Shown: positions 1-13,081 of the stretch, piece by piece
Numbering within the stretch: the stretch's first letter is position 1
How the letters are laid out: every line of letters starts with the position of its first letter
Source: Balanoglossus misakiensis
Lineage: Eukaryota; Animalia; Hemichordata
Assembly: GCA_040954595.2 (NCBI GenBank)
Contig: CM082595.2
Location: forward strand, 7,120,193-7,184,192
Length of the DNA stretch: 64,000 nt
Direction: 5' to 3'
Position numbers and translations under genes: made by a program
The notes under the pieces: generated by a model
The model's database searches: none
The model's input: the letters and a program-made list of their open reading frames with translations, nothing else
Told to the model about the DNA's origin: nothing

Positions 1-3000
1 GTTATACCAGCTGGGATCTTGCACTTGTAAACCTATTGTAGAAGAACAAATCATTGTTAATGACACAGTCCCCACTGGACCAATACACTATTCGAGGACT
101 GACATCAGTTCAAGAACTTCAAAATGGCTCTGACAAGATTTCTCACAAAGCAGGCAAATTCATATGAATCTGAAGCTTATTTGGTATAGAAGATTATATG
201 GCTGATGATAGTCAAGGAGTTAATGAACAAATCTGCTTGATTCACAATTCAACAATTTTACATCCTGCCATTTTTTACCTTGTAAAACTTCTTTAAATAC
301 CATGTATTCATCAATTGGACAATCTTCATCATCAAGAGGCGTGTTGTAACTTTCCAGAGCGGTCTCTTCATAGCCTTCCTCATCATCGTCAAAATTCCTG
401 TCACCACTCTGTTGCCAAGGAAACAATAATTCTTATGCCAAAATGTTACTTGTAATTTTTCCTGTGTCAATTACTCACTGGAGAAATTGCAATCATAGTG
501 GACACCGCCCTCTAGAGAATATACCAGCTTTATTTAAAAAAGGACCAAGTTTAAAGTTATCATTCCAGCTGTGTTCAGACAGTTAGGACGAGCGCCCTCT
601 AGAGGGAAGCAACTGACTCACCCTCTTCGCTAACATATCCATGTATTCCTGCGACGTCTCGTCTACTTCATCTTCATCACTTTCTAAGACTTCTTCGTAA
701 TCTTCATCCTCATCTTCCTCCTCGTCATCACTGTCTCCCTCCTCTGCCTGAGCCCTACCTGTCAATGTAATAAAAGAGAATGATCTTACAAGTTGTGATT
801 GTAACAAAATACCGTAAAACAGGAATTTTTTACAGACTTCACGAGAGCCAAAAAACCACGAAAATAATAAGTGAATAAAACAGTTTTTGAAGATAACGAT
901 GCAGTTAGTGAATTACGAGAACGCAAAAATGAATCTCCACTTAACAGTTGCCTCTTATTAACATGTCGAAATTTCCTGGTTTACAGTATATATTATTTTG
1001 TGTACGATATATATTCAAGCAGAAAATGCCATACACGTTCAACTGTACAAAGCACAGTGAAATTGGATGTAGCAAATATGCATACTTATTTTCATAGGCT
1101 CTGTGAAGTCCTTTGAATATTAGCAAGAGTGCTGGCAGAAACTGAGATGCAAAGGAATTGACAGTTTCTGGTCTCGATGGCAAACTCATCAATGTACAAA
1201 GTCCAAATGCACAGATTTTACGATCATGTCAGCTACAAACAAATAATAATTATAACATAGTTACATGCCATTCTAAAGTCCAAGTCACTAGTCAAATCAT
1301 CAATTTTGTCCATTAATCAGTTTTCATTTCAGATCATATGGAGCCAGTCAATTTTTCAACATAAATAAAATTATTTCAAGCAATAAAATGGTAACAATAC
1401 TCATGTTTGTAAAATTAATATCGTTAGTGTTGGCCATCATGGTTCAACACTGGTTTCATTATAAAATTTCTTTCATAGAACTGGTGAAATGACAAACAAT
1501 GATATAAAGATAGATCTGAACTCACCCGAGAAAACAGTCAGTGTCATGGAACCACTGCTTGAGGAACTGCTCAGTGATAGATTGGTCTGAGTTTGGAAGC
1601 CTCATTTTTTCTAAAATTTCTAAAAGTAAGACTGGATTGTAATAGAGGGCAGGCACTACGACTTGTAGACACATTGTTCTGAGTTCACTAATGTCTTGAC
1701 TTCCCGCGTCAGTCGCTCTAAAACTAATTCTATGAAGGATGGGATTACCTGTCGGTGAAATGAGAAAAAAATAATTAGTTCTGATTTTACAGAAAAATCT
1801 CCTGTGGCAGAGATGTTAAATGGATCCACACCACCAGTCTGTGGAGAACAAAGTTCAACTTGTTCCATACACCCTTTTCCCTAAGTCTCTAATGACCCGA
1901 GCAGCCATCTTGAATATGAACTCAAAGCGAGGCTAATGGGGAAACCCCCCTTGATGTGATTGGTCAAATTTTCCCCATTGGCCTCGATTGAGTTCAAATT
2001 CATAATGGCTGTGTTAGGGCACTAGACTTATGAAAAGGGTGTATCCATGTCAGCTTACCTGATCTATGAGTCCTTTGTACTGTAATAAAATAACTTCTAA
2101 CAACTTGGCAGCATGGCATTCAGAGTCCTCGCCCGCATCACCTTTGAAAATCTGCAGAAAAAAGGCAACAGTGCTTGAAAAACAAAGTATTATCCCCTTG
2201 GGATCTGCTTGGAACAAACCACTACTAGCTAAGACTTGTCACCAGCAAAGAACGGTTTTGACAAAGGGAGGGGGGTTGCCTCATACAGGGTACTCACTCT
2301 TTTGCAGATATTGTAGATGACTTCAATGTGTTTCGCATCAGATATAAATGCCTGTGGATCCACTATGATGTAGTTGTGGAGAGCTGGCATCATTTCTACA
2401 GCAAACAAGAACCGAATATGTTCAAATAAATTTAAGACATTTAAGATTTACAAATTTAAGACCTCAGAAAATTTTCCGAGGATTTATTTTCTGAAAGATG
2501 ACAACAGATTGTGTTGAAAGGGTGAATATCTTACATTAAGTTGAATGGATGAACTTACCCAGGAAGAAATCAAAGCCGTCTTTCTGGAACATGTCGTACA
2601 TCATGAAGAAAACTTGCCATAAAGGCCGTGAAATGTGACTACACGTAAGACTAAAGACCAATGACAAAACTTCCTCATAAAAATCTGCAAGACAAAACAA
2701 TCATACAAAAAATGTTCTACCGGTAGATGCTTTCAATTCGTCTCTTCTTTAAGAATATTGTAAGTTTAAAAATTTCTTATGTCATTCACTTGTCTGTCAG
2801 TTCCGAGTAAAGATTCTGGCGGTCAGGAATCAACAAACATTTTCTAATTTGCGGCAAAGGTTCACTTGAATTTTTCTTCTCCATTATTGGAAGCCTACTC
2901 ACCCATCACATTTTGTTGTAATATTGTTCCTATAACACTCAAAACAATTTCCTCTATCTGCATCATAATCTGTGAAAATAAATGCACAAGAACTTAACAA

Positions 3001-3669
3001 TTATGTTTTTTTAACAGGTCAATGAAAAAATCCCCATAATTATTAGAAGAAATGCCATTAAGAGGGATGATCATAGTTATATGTTGAAATTCAAAATGGC
3101 AACTTCAGTTGCCATAGTGATTTTCAAAATGGCTACCTTGAATATACTACATTGCTCCTGGTTCTGAGACAATCGCATTTGAAACACACATTGAATGGAT
3201 TATTCTTATGAAATATGTACAGATTTCTTAACAATGACAATTATTGTTACAATTATTCTCCATTTCAATAATTCACCTCTTTGTGATCCTCCATGACAGT
3301 AAGAATTGTCTCTAAAGTGTTGAGAATTCCCATTGCCGTAATGGCCTTATCTTCAGTCTGGTCTTCTGCATCTACGACCTGGTTGAAGGTGACAACCTGT
3401 TTAACCAACAAAAAATGGTTATTGCATTATCACATTACACAGGCTGGCAAGACAAGATGGTGCAGAATCAACATTCAGCAGAGTTTAAATGCAGCAGGAA
3501 AAGAAATGTGTAATTCGTTCCAGAAATCTTAAAACTGGTTTTGTGGGTACACTTACATAACATTTTCAGCCTGATGTATCAAGAATTTGTTGCTCCATGA
3601 AATACCACCACCAAACTATCAAATTGTCCAGAACCTGCGACTTACCAAATTCCGAGTAATTTCTACAGC
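1..3669 (-). pseudogene. IPO7: Importin-7 unprocessed pseudogene, C-terminal part only; runs off the left edge of the window
   Basis: Minus-strand exons 3646-3669 (partial; AVEITRNL), 3277-3396 ([40 protein letters not shown]), 2903-2969, 2559-2684 (FYEEVLSL...KDGFDFF), 2298-2395 (MMPALHNYI), 2059-2151 ([21 protein letters not shown]), 1526-1748 ([20 protein letters not shown]), 1090-1232, 622-758 (acidic), 279-408 (EETALESY), 1-32 (QDPSWYN). These follow the importin-7/8 C-terminal half in order. Lesions: 2-nt frameshift at 1690-1691, TGA at 1231-1229, donor ATAAGT at 1089, and no recognisable upstream exons. Confidence 0.88.
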
Positions 3670-3805
3670 CTCGGGCTATGCCCTCGGGGAATACAAGACT
3701 GGTTTAGTTGTGACTAGCAGCGCCCTCGGTCATCAAAATACACTGTTGCCCTCATTGTCAGTCATCATGTGTATAATGTTGCCCTCGCTATCATGTGTTA
3801 TTATT
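3669..3805. repeat. Repeat-like sequence at the IPO7 breakpoint
   Basis: IPO7 similarity stops in mid-exon at CCTCGGGCTATGCCCTCGGG. The GCCCTC motif recurs at 3680, 3722, 3748 and 3781. It resembles a transposon terminus, but I cannot assign a family. Confidence 0.4.
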
Positions 3806-5787
3806 TAACTATTGTACCATCTCACAGATTCACGTGTCCTCTCCATCGGAAATAAATCGTACTAGCCGCAAAACCGTCTACGCATGTGCAGTTGAACAAA
3901 TGTCTTATCTTATTCGCAGGCACAGAAGACAAGAATTCGGCAAGAACGACAAGGCCATAACATCCAAGAAAAACGAATATGTTATAGTAGACCATGGGAC
4001 AAATGTGAAGGCTGATGTTTGGGGTTTTCGACACTTGCATGGTCAAACTACGCACCAAATATCGGCCCGTGTGATGTGGTGTGGTGCAACGAGTCCTTGG
4101 TGGTATCTTGGGTTAATATCAAACTCAAACACAAACAACTTTTGTGCTAGAGATACGTAGTTTGTCAGCGACATTTCCCGAACACTGCAAACGACATTTC
4201 CCTTCAATGCGAAATCAGAACAACTATGGTGTTCACTAACAAAAGATTATGTTGGTTCCAAAGAACGGGCATCGCAAGGTGAAATAAGGATGTTGGTGTT
4301 TATAAAAGGGCCTAGGCAGAATTAACAAGGTTTTTTTTCTTTTCAAATCTGGGGCACCAAAAATAGTGACCTTCCCCGGAAAATTGCACCAACCCACCTG
4401 TTGTTATTCTGCTCAGTCCCTAAATTTAAACACAATACGAGTCAAACAATATGGATATTATAATGAAACTGGATGTAAAGGGTAAGAGGGTGTAAGCTTC
4501 CTTTACCGCTATGTCTGTCCAATATCAGTGTATATCTCTATTGGGTCAGCTGACCGTAGTGTTTGTGTAGGGGTATGATCCCACGTGAATTTTAATTAAC
4601 TGATACTGGCTACTTCAGAGATATACATTGATAGTGGATAGAGATAAAGGACACGGCTTATCTGCACTAGCCCTGGCAGAAGATCGATTCAGGGTAAAAT
4701 ATTAAAAATTATTTTATTAATAAAAAAATACTGAAATATTAAACAACGTGTCTTCTGATGCCTGCGCGTGGATCTGTCAAGTGGTGTGAATCGCTACATC
4801 GTTGGTGGCGCTTTTGTGATCTGCGATTCCATGAAGAGTGACCCAGGGTCTACAAGCTCACGATTTTCACAAAACATAACACTTATCCATGAAGTTATAT
4901 AAAATAATTTGGGTAAGAAATCCTGCAGAGATCCGTCATTCAAGGATAATATCAATTAGTTGAATAAGTAAGCTTTATTAAGGACTTGAAATGGCAATTG
5001 TCACAAAAGGGACTTTTCAGTAAACAAGCATGTGTGAAAAACGTGAACGTTCTTTTTAAAATGATGACACATAAATATATTATTGTTATGCAAATCACCG
5101 TATTTCCACGTTTATTTCTGGCCTTTTTGTTGGAATTTAAAACAAATATCAGCATATATCAGTCGAACCATATTAAACAGCGCAATGAGATCGGCATCGT
5201 TTTCAATATCGGATACTAATCAATATCTGCCCCCCTCCCACCCTCATATGACATGGTTCTGAAATTGGGAGATTCGGACTTTTGATATTGTTTTCTGTTT
5301 TTGGAGTATCCAATAGGTTAGTACTCATTCGACGGGACAGAATTTGGAAAAGGAACACCCCCGTTTCTGGTTTTCAAAGGATCATAATGATAAAACACGC
5401 AACCGTTATTTTCAGAACATGCACACATATTTAAATACCCACATCCCCGGATAGTGCCACCACCGGTTGACAATATGATGAACGTATAGTCTCGCTCGTC
5501 GTTATGCAATGACATTTGTGTGGGGACTTGGCTACTATATTATTGACCTACGTCGCCGGTACAAAACAACGGTTCTGTTATTGCTGAATAGGAAGGACTG
5601 TGGTTAAATCACGACTACTCTCTCTGTGGTTTTAGTGTTCTATATGACCCAACAGGGCTGCGCGGCGAGCACCAAGTGTAATCCCTCGGCGTAGGGCGAC
5701 GCGAACCTGGAACGACTGTCGTGGACACAGCAGGCCGATACCTGAGAGATCCCAGGGCGGAGTATACGAGGACAACCGGGATAAATC

Positions 5788-8700
5788 ATGGATTTCGACG
5801 ATGCCCTGGCCTTTATCGGCGACTTCGGCCCCTATCAAAAGAGACTCCTTCTCGCCAACGCCGCGATATTGCTGACGGTTCCCTTCGTGACGTTCGGACA
5901 GGTGTTCGTGAGCGCCGATGTGGATTTCGTGTGCAGGCAACCGGTTCCGCCCAGCGTCAACTTCGCGAACGGGACCCCGCCCATAGCGATAGGCCGACGC
6001 GAATGCCAGCATTTTGATTTCTCATTGACGGACGCTAACGCCAGTACACCTTACAACCCCCACAGTCAAGAGATAGGATTATTACATAACGGTAGGACAG
6101 CGTTGAAACCTTGCAAACAGTGGATTTACGATCACTCACAATACCAGTCGACCACTGTTATCGAGGTAAGTATAGGTTCCATAATGGCCTTCATAAAATC
6201 TACAGGATCTGATCTGTTGACTCGTACAAGTTCGTGCCCTGCACAATATACAGTCATGATACGTTTCTGGTATATAATAGATTAGAACAATAGTCCCTTG
6301 TCGATTGTTGTCTCTAATAAAGAATCTTAATTAAACTAGGCTATTGTTCTATGCCTCTCTATTTTTACTCATAATTACATTTCATGTTTTTGCATGCTTC
6401 TGTACTACATGCACGCGTTCGAATTCACACACGCTTGCCATGACTATCGTGATCACTGACCACACACACTATATATAGAAGCTCATAGACTTGATGGAAG
6501 TCCAGGTATATGACATGGATACTCAACACTTTGCTGCGTAGAAAGAGACTACTAGTACTTGCAATTTGAAAGCACATTAAAATGGCGGTTGGCTCTTGCA
6601 AGTTGAGTGTTTGTTGGGTCACAAAAATGACAGAACTGGTATATATGAAGGGGGTCACGTGAAGGTCATATAGGTGGCCTGTTTCAATGTGTTTGTGTGC
6701 ACTGCACGTTCTATTGACTCAGTGCTCTTAACTGATGTGTTTTTCATGTTAAAGGTGGAGTTTGTGCCCTATGCGCCTTGTATCGGCCTTGACATCGACG
6801 AAAATGTCGAGACCGCGGAACTTCAAATATTTTACCTGACGTCATCATTCTAGCACCAATTTGCGCATATCGTTTTAGATTGTAAACTCTTGCAACGGGG
6901 GGGGGGGGGGGGGGCTGAATAAACGGGTTACGCACACCCGTTTATTTTTTGAGCTTTTTTGGTTTTTATCATTTTTACATGCACAGCCATAATCAGAGGT
7001 TGACAATATGTCTGTATACCCATCAGTATGTTCGATGACATCTCTTTGTTTAAAAAAACATAAACACGAAAATAATGCAAAACGTAACAGCTATTGGGGC
7101 TTGAATACCTTGTTAGCATTTTAAGATCCATTTTGCATACATGAGTCATGAAAAAAATCCATTGGCGATTAATTACACCACCAGCAATGACTTGTTCTCT
7201 GTTTGTTTCTAGTGGGATCTGGTATGCGACAGAAAATGGCTGCGAGAGTTGGCAATGTCCGTCGTCTACGCGGGAATGGCTCTCGGCTCTGTCGTCTTTG
7301 GCGCTATCTCTGACAGGTATAGCTTCAGAATACTGCCAATGGATTTGGTAAATCTCAAAGGCATTGATTGCTTAAAGGGACACAGTCTCTCTCTCGCTAC
7401 CCTTTTCCCATTATGTTTGATACAAGTCACCGTTTATGTTATTCTACATGTGGATATAGTGAATCAACGTTCGACCACACACAACTTCCACCCTACTTGT
7501 AGACACGAGAGTGAATAACTCGCCAAAATGAATAATGGTCTCTACCATTTATTCATTTTGGCGAGATTTTTACTCCCATATCCTACAAACGGTATGGCAG
7601 GTGTGTGTGGTTGAACGTTGATTCACTTTTATCCGCATGTAGAATAACAAATAGTGTCTTGTATCACTATCAAACATAATTAATGGAAAAAGGACAGCGA
7701 GAGAGATACTTTGTATTGCCGCAAACAGGCTCCCTCGCAGATTCTAGTGATGCTTCAGGTTAAACATATACGATGGCACAATGAAAGAAAGAACAAACGT
7801 ATATCCTTTTTTCTTCTTCAAGGTATGGACGATTGAAGTCTATCTTCTCAGCTTTGCTTGTCCAATCCGTTTTTTGTTTTGTGGCGGCGCTGTCACCAAA
7901 CCTTGTCTTATTTATGTTGTGTCAGTTCATCATCGGGTTCACCTATCCAGGGATCTTTATTGCAACGTTTGCATATGGTAGGAAAATTGTGTATACATTG
8001 TAATTTGTATGTATATAAAGTAGGGTAGTAGGAGAAACGAAAGGCGGTATAATCTCTACAACGCTGTTTCGAGACTAAACTGGTCAGTTTCGTGTTTCGT
8101 GAGTCACTGGACGCACACACCAGGAGTCCAGTGACTCACGAACCACGAAACTGGCCAGTTTAGTCTCCTGATGAGTGAGTCTATAGTGACTCGCGAAACA
8201 GCGTTGTAGAGATTTTACCGCCTTTCGTTTCTCCTACTACCCTACTTTATACTCTGCTCTACTTTTGTATTGAGCACTTTGTATCGGACCAGTCGAACCG
8301 CATACTTCGGATATAAACATGTATGTATATGTGTGGTGTGGCGTGGTGGTGGTGAATGTGTGTGTATGTATGCGATGCGAGAAAAAAATACCAAAACTTG
8401 AGTTGATTTGGCAATGACCAATATTCTAATCATTGTTCCGTTCATACATTACATTATGCAATTTCTTTCTAAATGTAGCCTACTCACATTGTTTCATAAT
8501 TTGAAGAATGTACTAAACTTACTTTCCGCCTTTGACGTTCCGCAGTGCTGGAATGGACTGGTGCGTCCAAGCGAGCCTTTGTCGGAAATGTGCTGGCTGT
8601 CACATTTGCCGTTGGTCACATGGCGCTGGCTCTGATTGCCTACGGGATTCGGCATTGGCGACTCTTGCAAGTTGTTCTGGGTACGCCACAGGCGGTGCTG

Positions 8701-9321
8701 ATGGTTATTTACGTTTTCAGGTGGGTGTAGGGGACATGCAAGTTAACAAATCTTTTGCACCATAACATTGTACATGTGCAAGCAATAAGGAAAGCATTGT
8801 CGGATTGTTTACCAACGTATTTATCCAAAATACCAATCTGATTAAAATCAGATGTAGGAAACGGCGACGTGGTTTTTTTATGCTGTGAGGCGACAGCATA
8901 AAAAACCCCACGTTGCCGTTCCCTACATCTGATTTTAATCAGATTGCCAAAATACATGCACAACGCGGGTATGTTGTTTTAGTCGACCAAGAGGAAACTA
9001 TAGGCGAGAGAAATGACAGTCAATGGTGATATCATAATGTTACAATTTATCGTAGACTTATTCCAGAATCACCAAGGTGGCTCTTCTCACTTGGTCACGT
9101 GAACGAGGTCGACGTCATCCTTCGCCGAGCTGCACAGGCCAATAAAGTAACTCTACCCGGTACATACTATACATTCATCAGAGTGTCGGCAAATGTAAGA
9201 ACTTTACAGTAGAATTCGTACAATTAACACATAGAAATTCATACAGAGAGAGAGACAGACAGAGAGACAGACAGACAGACAGACAGACTGACTGACGGAC
9301 GGACGGACGGACGGACGGACG

Positions 9322-9400
<79 letters not shown>

Positions 9401-12400
9401 TGACTGACTGACTGACTGACTGACTGACTGACTGACTGACTGACTGACTGACTGACTGACTGACTGACTGACAGACAGACAGACTGACTGGCAGACAGAC
9501 ACAGACAGACAGAAAGACTGACTGACGGACACACAGACATGAAGCCAGCAGACAGGCAGGCGGATGGATCAGACCTAATGTAATATTGGATGGGTGGATG
9601 AACGAAAGGAGGGATGGATAGATGGATGGAGGGATGATGAGTAAGCAAGCAATGGTTGGATAGATATCAAAGTTTAACGAAGACATTTCGGTTATACTGA
9701 CGCTGAAATGTTCTCTTCCACCAGACTTCGAAAAAGCAAAACGAGGTGAAACAGCAGAAAACTGAGAAGACCCCAAGTAAAACACACAATCTCTGTGATT
9801 TATTCAAGACACCCAAACTGCGAATGACAACTTTAATTATTGCTAGTAACTGGTGAGTGTGAATTTTGCACCGCTCTCGTGTGTCAAGACATGGACATTG
9901 CTCTATACTGCTTGAGCATAGTCTTCCGTAAATATATATTACTAGTATTAATATATACATTTAAATATATTTGGTTGGAAATATATGTTAACCAGACACG
10001 TGATTGTTTCAAACCGCATATAGGTAGGAAGATTTCATTTATTTATGAACGAGAAAAATGTGTGCGTCACTGGTGTAGAGACAGTTCGCCCAGTGTTCCG
10101 ACGTTTTGTCATTTTACGGTAAAAAACATTAACGTAGGCCTAAGCATGCTCTAACATTTCATAACATAACATAACATAACATGACATAACATAACATAAC
10201 ATGCCTGAATAAAAATACCGAATTAATGCAGGCATTTACATTATTTTCATAGTCTACAGCCAGCTTCTATAGACTCCCCGACCAAGGACTGTCCATATTT
10301 TAGTTTTCTGTTCAACTAACGTAATCTGTATGACTGTCAGCTTGTACATTAAGCATGTCTATATTCTATTTAGGCAAATCACACGTGTGTTTTGTTCTTC
10401 ATATCTTCCAGGTTTGCGTTGACAATGTCGTATTTTGGCCTCTCCATATTTTCAACGTCACTGGCCGGCAATCATTATGTGAACTTCGCCCTCTCCGGCG
10501 CAGTGGAAATTCCCTCCATTATACTTTCCACTTTCATCATCAACCGCTGGGGGCGGTCCAAGCCAATCGCGTTGTTCAACATTATCTCTGGTTTATCCTG
10601 TGTCCTGTGTCCCTTTCCTACAAAAGGTAAAGTACAACATTTCAGGAAGGGAGGGGGGGGGGGGGGTCATCAATCTAAACAACAGACAGACTTTAATAAA
10701 CGATAAATGTGTCCTCCTTTTTCACGCCATGATCCTTTCCTAAGGTTAGTTTTATGTTCTACTCTATAGGTTGTACGCGTCAAGTAAACTGTTGGTGCAC
10801 TCGTGTGGTTTTTGCCGGCGGTGTCTCATATACGAACTGCCTATGGCTTTTTCTTTGATTTTCTCTCAATCATCCCCGCCAAAGTCATCACATACCAGCC
10901 ACAGAAACTCTCCGAACGGGACCAAGGGTCCCATAGCTTCAGTGTAGTCAAATGCTAAACGTGAAAATGATGAATGTTGGATTAATTTGTTTTGACAGAT
11001 TTGGAGTATCTGGCAACAACGCTGGCTTTGGTCGGCAAACTCGGCGCGGCTGCTGCGTATTGGTCGGGTTTTGTCCACGTGACCGAGCTCTTTCCAACTG
11101 TCGTTAGGTAATTATATAACATTCACTTTCGCAGTATATGTATGTCGGTTTGTTTGGTTGAATGATCCAATATTCACGGTCACCTATGCAAAAATAGCTA
11201 CAGTTACCATGGCAAATTGAGATCTAGCCAATCACAGATTTTTTGTGGGTGGCACACGCGAAAAAAAGAGCGCCACCATATGTTCTTTAGAACGCTCAAA
11301 TACGCTATTTCAGCCATATATGGGCGTATGTAAATTGGAGGTGACTGTATACCTTTAACTGTCTGCAGCATATACACAATGTATGTAAGGATTGCACCCA
11401 TTGCAATGTTAAAGCAAAACGTTTAAATGTGAACTTCTTTCATTTTTTCAGCAATATAGGAATCGGCCTGAGTATATTTTCCGGGCGTATAGCTGCAATA
11501 TTACTACCATTTACACGGTTGTTGGCGGATATATGGCTGCCATTTCCATACGTCATCATAGGCACCCTGACGGCGATTACCGGAAGTTTGATCGCCTTAC
11601 TACCGGAAACAGTGAACCTCCCTTTACCGGCAACAATTGAAGAGTTTGAAGAAATGCACAAGTAAGTAGAATCGCGATGTGGCCACTCTTGCTATACTAA
11701 CAAATGAAATTATGTGAGAATAAAAACAGAGTTTTTATTTGCTGTAGTTAAGAGGTCTTTGTGCGAATCAAAGGTATACACTAATAATACAGTCACCTCC
11801 AATTTACATACGCCCATATATGGCTGAAATTGCATATTTGAGCGTTCTAAAGAACATATGGTGGCGCTTTTTTTTTCGCGTGTGCCACCCACTGAAAATC
11901 TGTGATTGGCTAGATCTCGATTTGCCATTGTAACTATAGCTAATTTTCCCTAGGTGGCCGTATACCTTTAAGTGAAAATTAGCAGTTCTTTCATCATTTA
12001 TGTTTTAGTTTGGTTTTTCAGTTTGTTTAGTGAGGTGATCCGATATGGATGGAGTACCCTCAAAAAGACCACGTACGGACGACTGATTTTTGACAAAAGG
12101 AAGGGAGTTCTGTGGTTGAAAGTGGTTGTACTGCACGCATTACGCTCGTCTGTGAACGATTTTGGGGGCAGTATGACAAAAACAACCAAAACGTTTAATT
12201 TAAGTTGCATAGATTTGATGCGATCAAAAACGATAGACAGTGCTGTCTTTGGTATAATTTTTATTTTTGTTTGTTGATTCGACAGAAGGCGAAGAAGAGC
12301 AAACCACCCAAACGGCAGCAAGGAGGGGGAAGTGATGTCCGAAAAAACAGAATACACTTTAGCATCATCTAAGTCTGGCAGAGCGTCGGCCATTAGCAGC

Positions 12401-12409
12401 AACGTTTGA
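5788..12409 (+). CDS. SLC22 family organic cation/carnitine transporter-like protein (578 aa, 10 exons)
   Basis: Exons 5788-6165, 7213-7316, 7823-7977, 8546-8720, 9056-9194, 9725-9852, 10412-10626, 10999-11107, 11452-11661, 12286-12409. All introns are GT-AG and phase-consistent; 1737 nt in total. Motifs: MDFDDALAFIGDFGPYQ, STTVIEWDLVCD, SDRYGR, PESPRWL, DLFKTPKLR, ELFPTVVR, LPET. Confidence 0.95.
7372..7714. mobile_element. Palindromic ~350-bp MITE, family A (Kolobok-like), copy 1
   Basis: Starts TTAA|AGGGACACAGTCTCTCTCTCGC. The two halves are reverse complements; the right end is slightly truncated. Confidence 0.85.
8017..8248. mobile_element. Palindromic MITE-like element
   Basis: AAAGTAGGGTAGTAGGAGAAACGAAAGGCGGT...ACCGCCTTTCGTTTCTCCTACTACCCTACTTT, a long inverted repeat with TA-rich flanks. 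Confidence 0.75.
8834..8946. mobile_element. 113-bp palindromic MITE with a 9-bp target site duplication
   Basis: TIR CAATCTGATTAAAATCAGATGTAGG; perfect direct repeat CCAAAATAC at 8825-8833 and 8947-8955. A second copy lies at 12905-13014. Confidence 0.85.
9243..9640. repeat. Compound tetranucleotide microsatellite (GACA/GACG/GACT/GATG)
   Basis: Successive (GACA)n, (GACG)n, (GACA)n and (GACT)n blocks in SLC22 intron 5. Confidence 0.95.
11176..11358 (+). mobile_element. ~190-bp TTAA-ended MITE, family B, copy 1
   Basis: Ends GGTGACTGTATACCT|TTAA. Reverse complement of 11770-11971 and same orientation as 39214-39408. Confidence 0.8.
11770..11971 (-). mobile_element. MITE family B, copy 2 (inverted)
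   Basis: AAAGGTATAC...CAGTCACC to GGTGGCCGTATACCT|TTAA; internal sequence is the reverse complement of 11176-11358. Confidence 0.8.
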
Positions 12410-12721
12410 TGGAAAATTTTGCTGTGGTGTGGAGTTGTTATGTATTTGTGCAATAGACCACTAGTATTTTCTCGTTACATAGCGAACTACTTTCTGCACG
12501 GTAGTTAAACGGTGCATGATTTTCCTTTTAAATTTCTCTCGTTTGACATCTATAGGCCTTCAAGCGTAGATCTACATTTATCTGAATCGAACGTTCCCGT
12601 GTATTCACCGTTCATTTCAATATTAAAGGAAATATTTTATGGTTTATCATTTTCATGTCTCGAGTGTTTGAGAGTGTGAGTTGGCCTCTATACAACGCTA
12701 AATACACTTTAGACTATAGTC

Positions 12722-13081
12722 TAGACTAGCCCACTAGTCGCTTGGTGATTTTTAAGTCTCAATACTTTTTGTGTTTTCGGCGTTTTTTTGTCTTAACAAA
12801 TAATTTCAATACTTTTTGCGTGCATGTTTGCCTTGGGCGTGTTTTTGGTAGTGGGATGAGTTTCGAATTTGGGACTGAGCTTGTGGTTTCGGGTAGTGTC
12901 GACCCAATCTGATTAAAATCAGATGTAGGGAACGGCGACGTTTTTTATGCTGTCGCCTCACACAGCATAAAAAAAACACGTCGCCGTTCCCTACATCTGA
13001 TTTTAATCAGATTGGCGTCGACCAAGCCTACGCGTTCCCTACACATTATGAAGCCCATAGACTTGTAGTGGAGCAAGTCTA
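12722..13081. mobile_element. TAGACT...AGTCTA-ended non-autonomous element with a nested palindromic MITE (12905-13014)
   Basis: The same family occurs uninterrupted and inverted at 41481-41711. The nested MITE is flanked by G(T/C)GTCGACC direct repeats. Confidence 0.75.

Noticed and set aside
1229-1231. In-frame TGA in IPO7 as selenocysteine or readthrough
   Set aside because: It aligns to Leu rather than Cys and co-occurs with a frameshift, a donor mutation and truncation.
5632-6017. ORFs of 126 aa (-) and 98 aa (+) overlapping SLC22 exon 1
   Set aside because: Shadow frames of a GC-rich coding exon; no recognisable motifs.
9178-9785. Long SVSQ/SVCL ORFs
   Set aside because: Translations of a tetranucleotide microsatellite.
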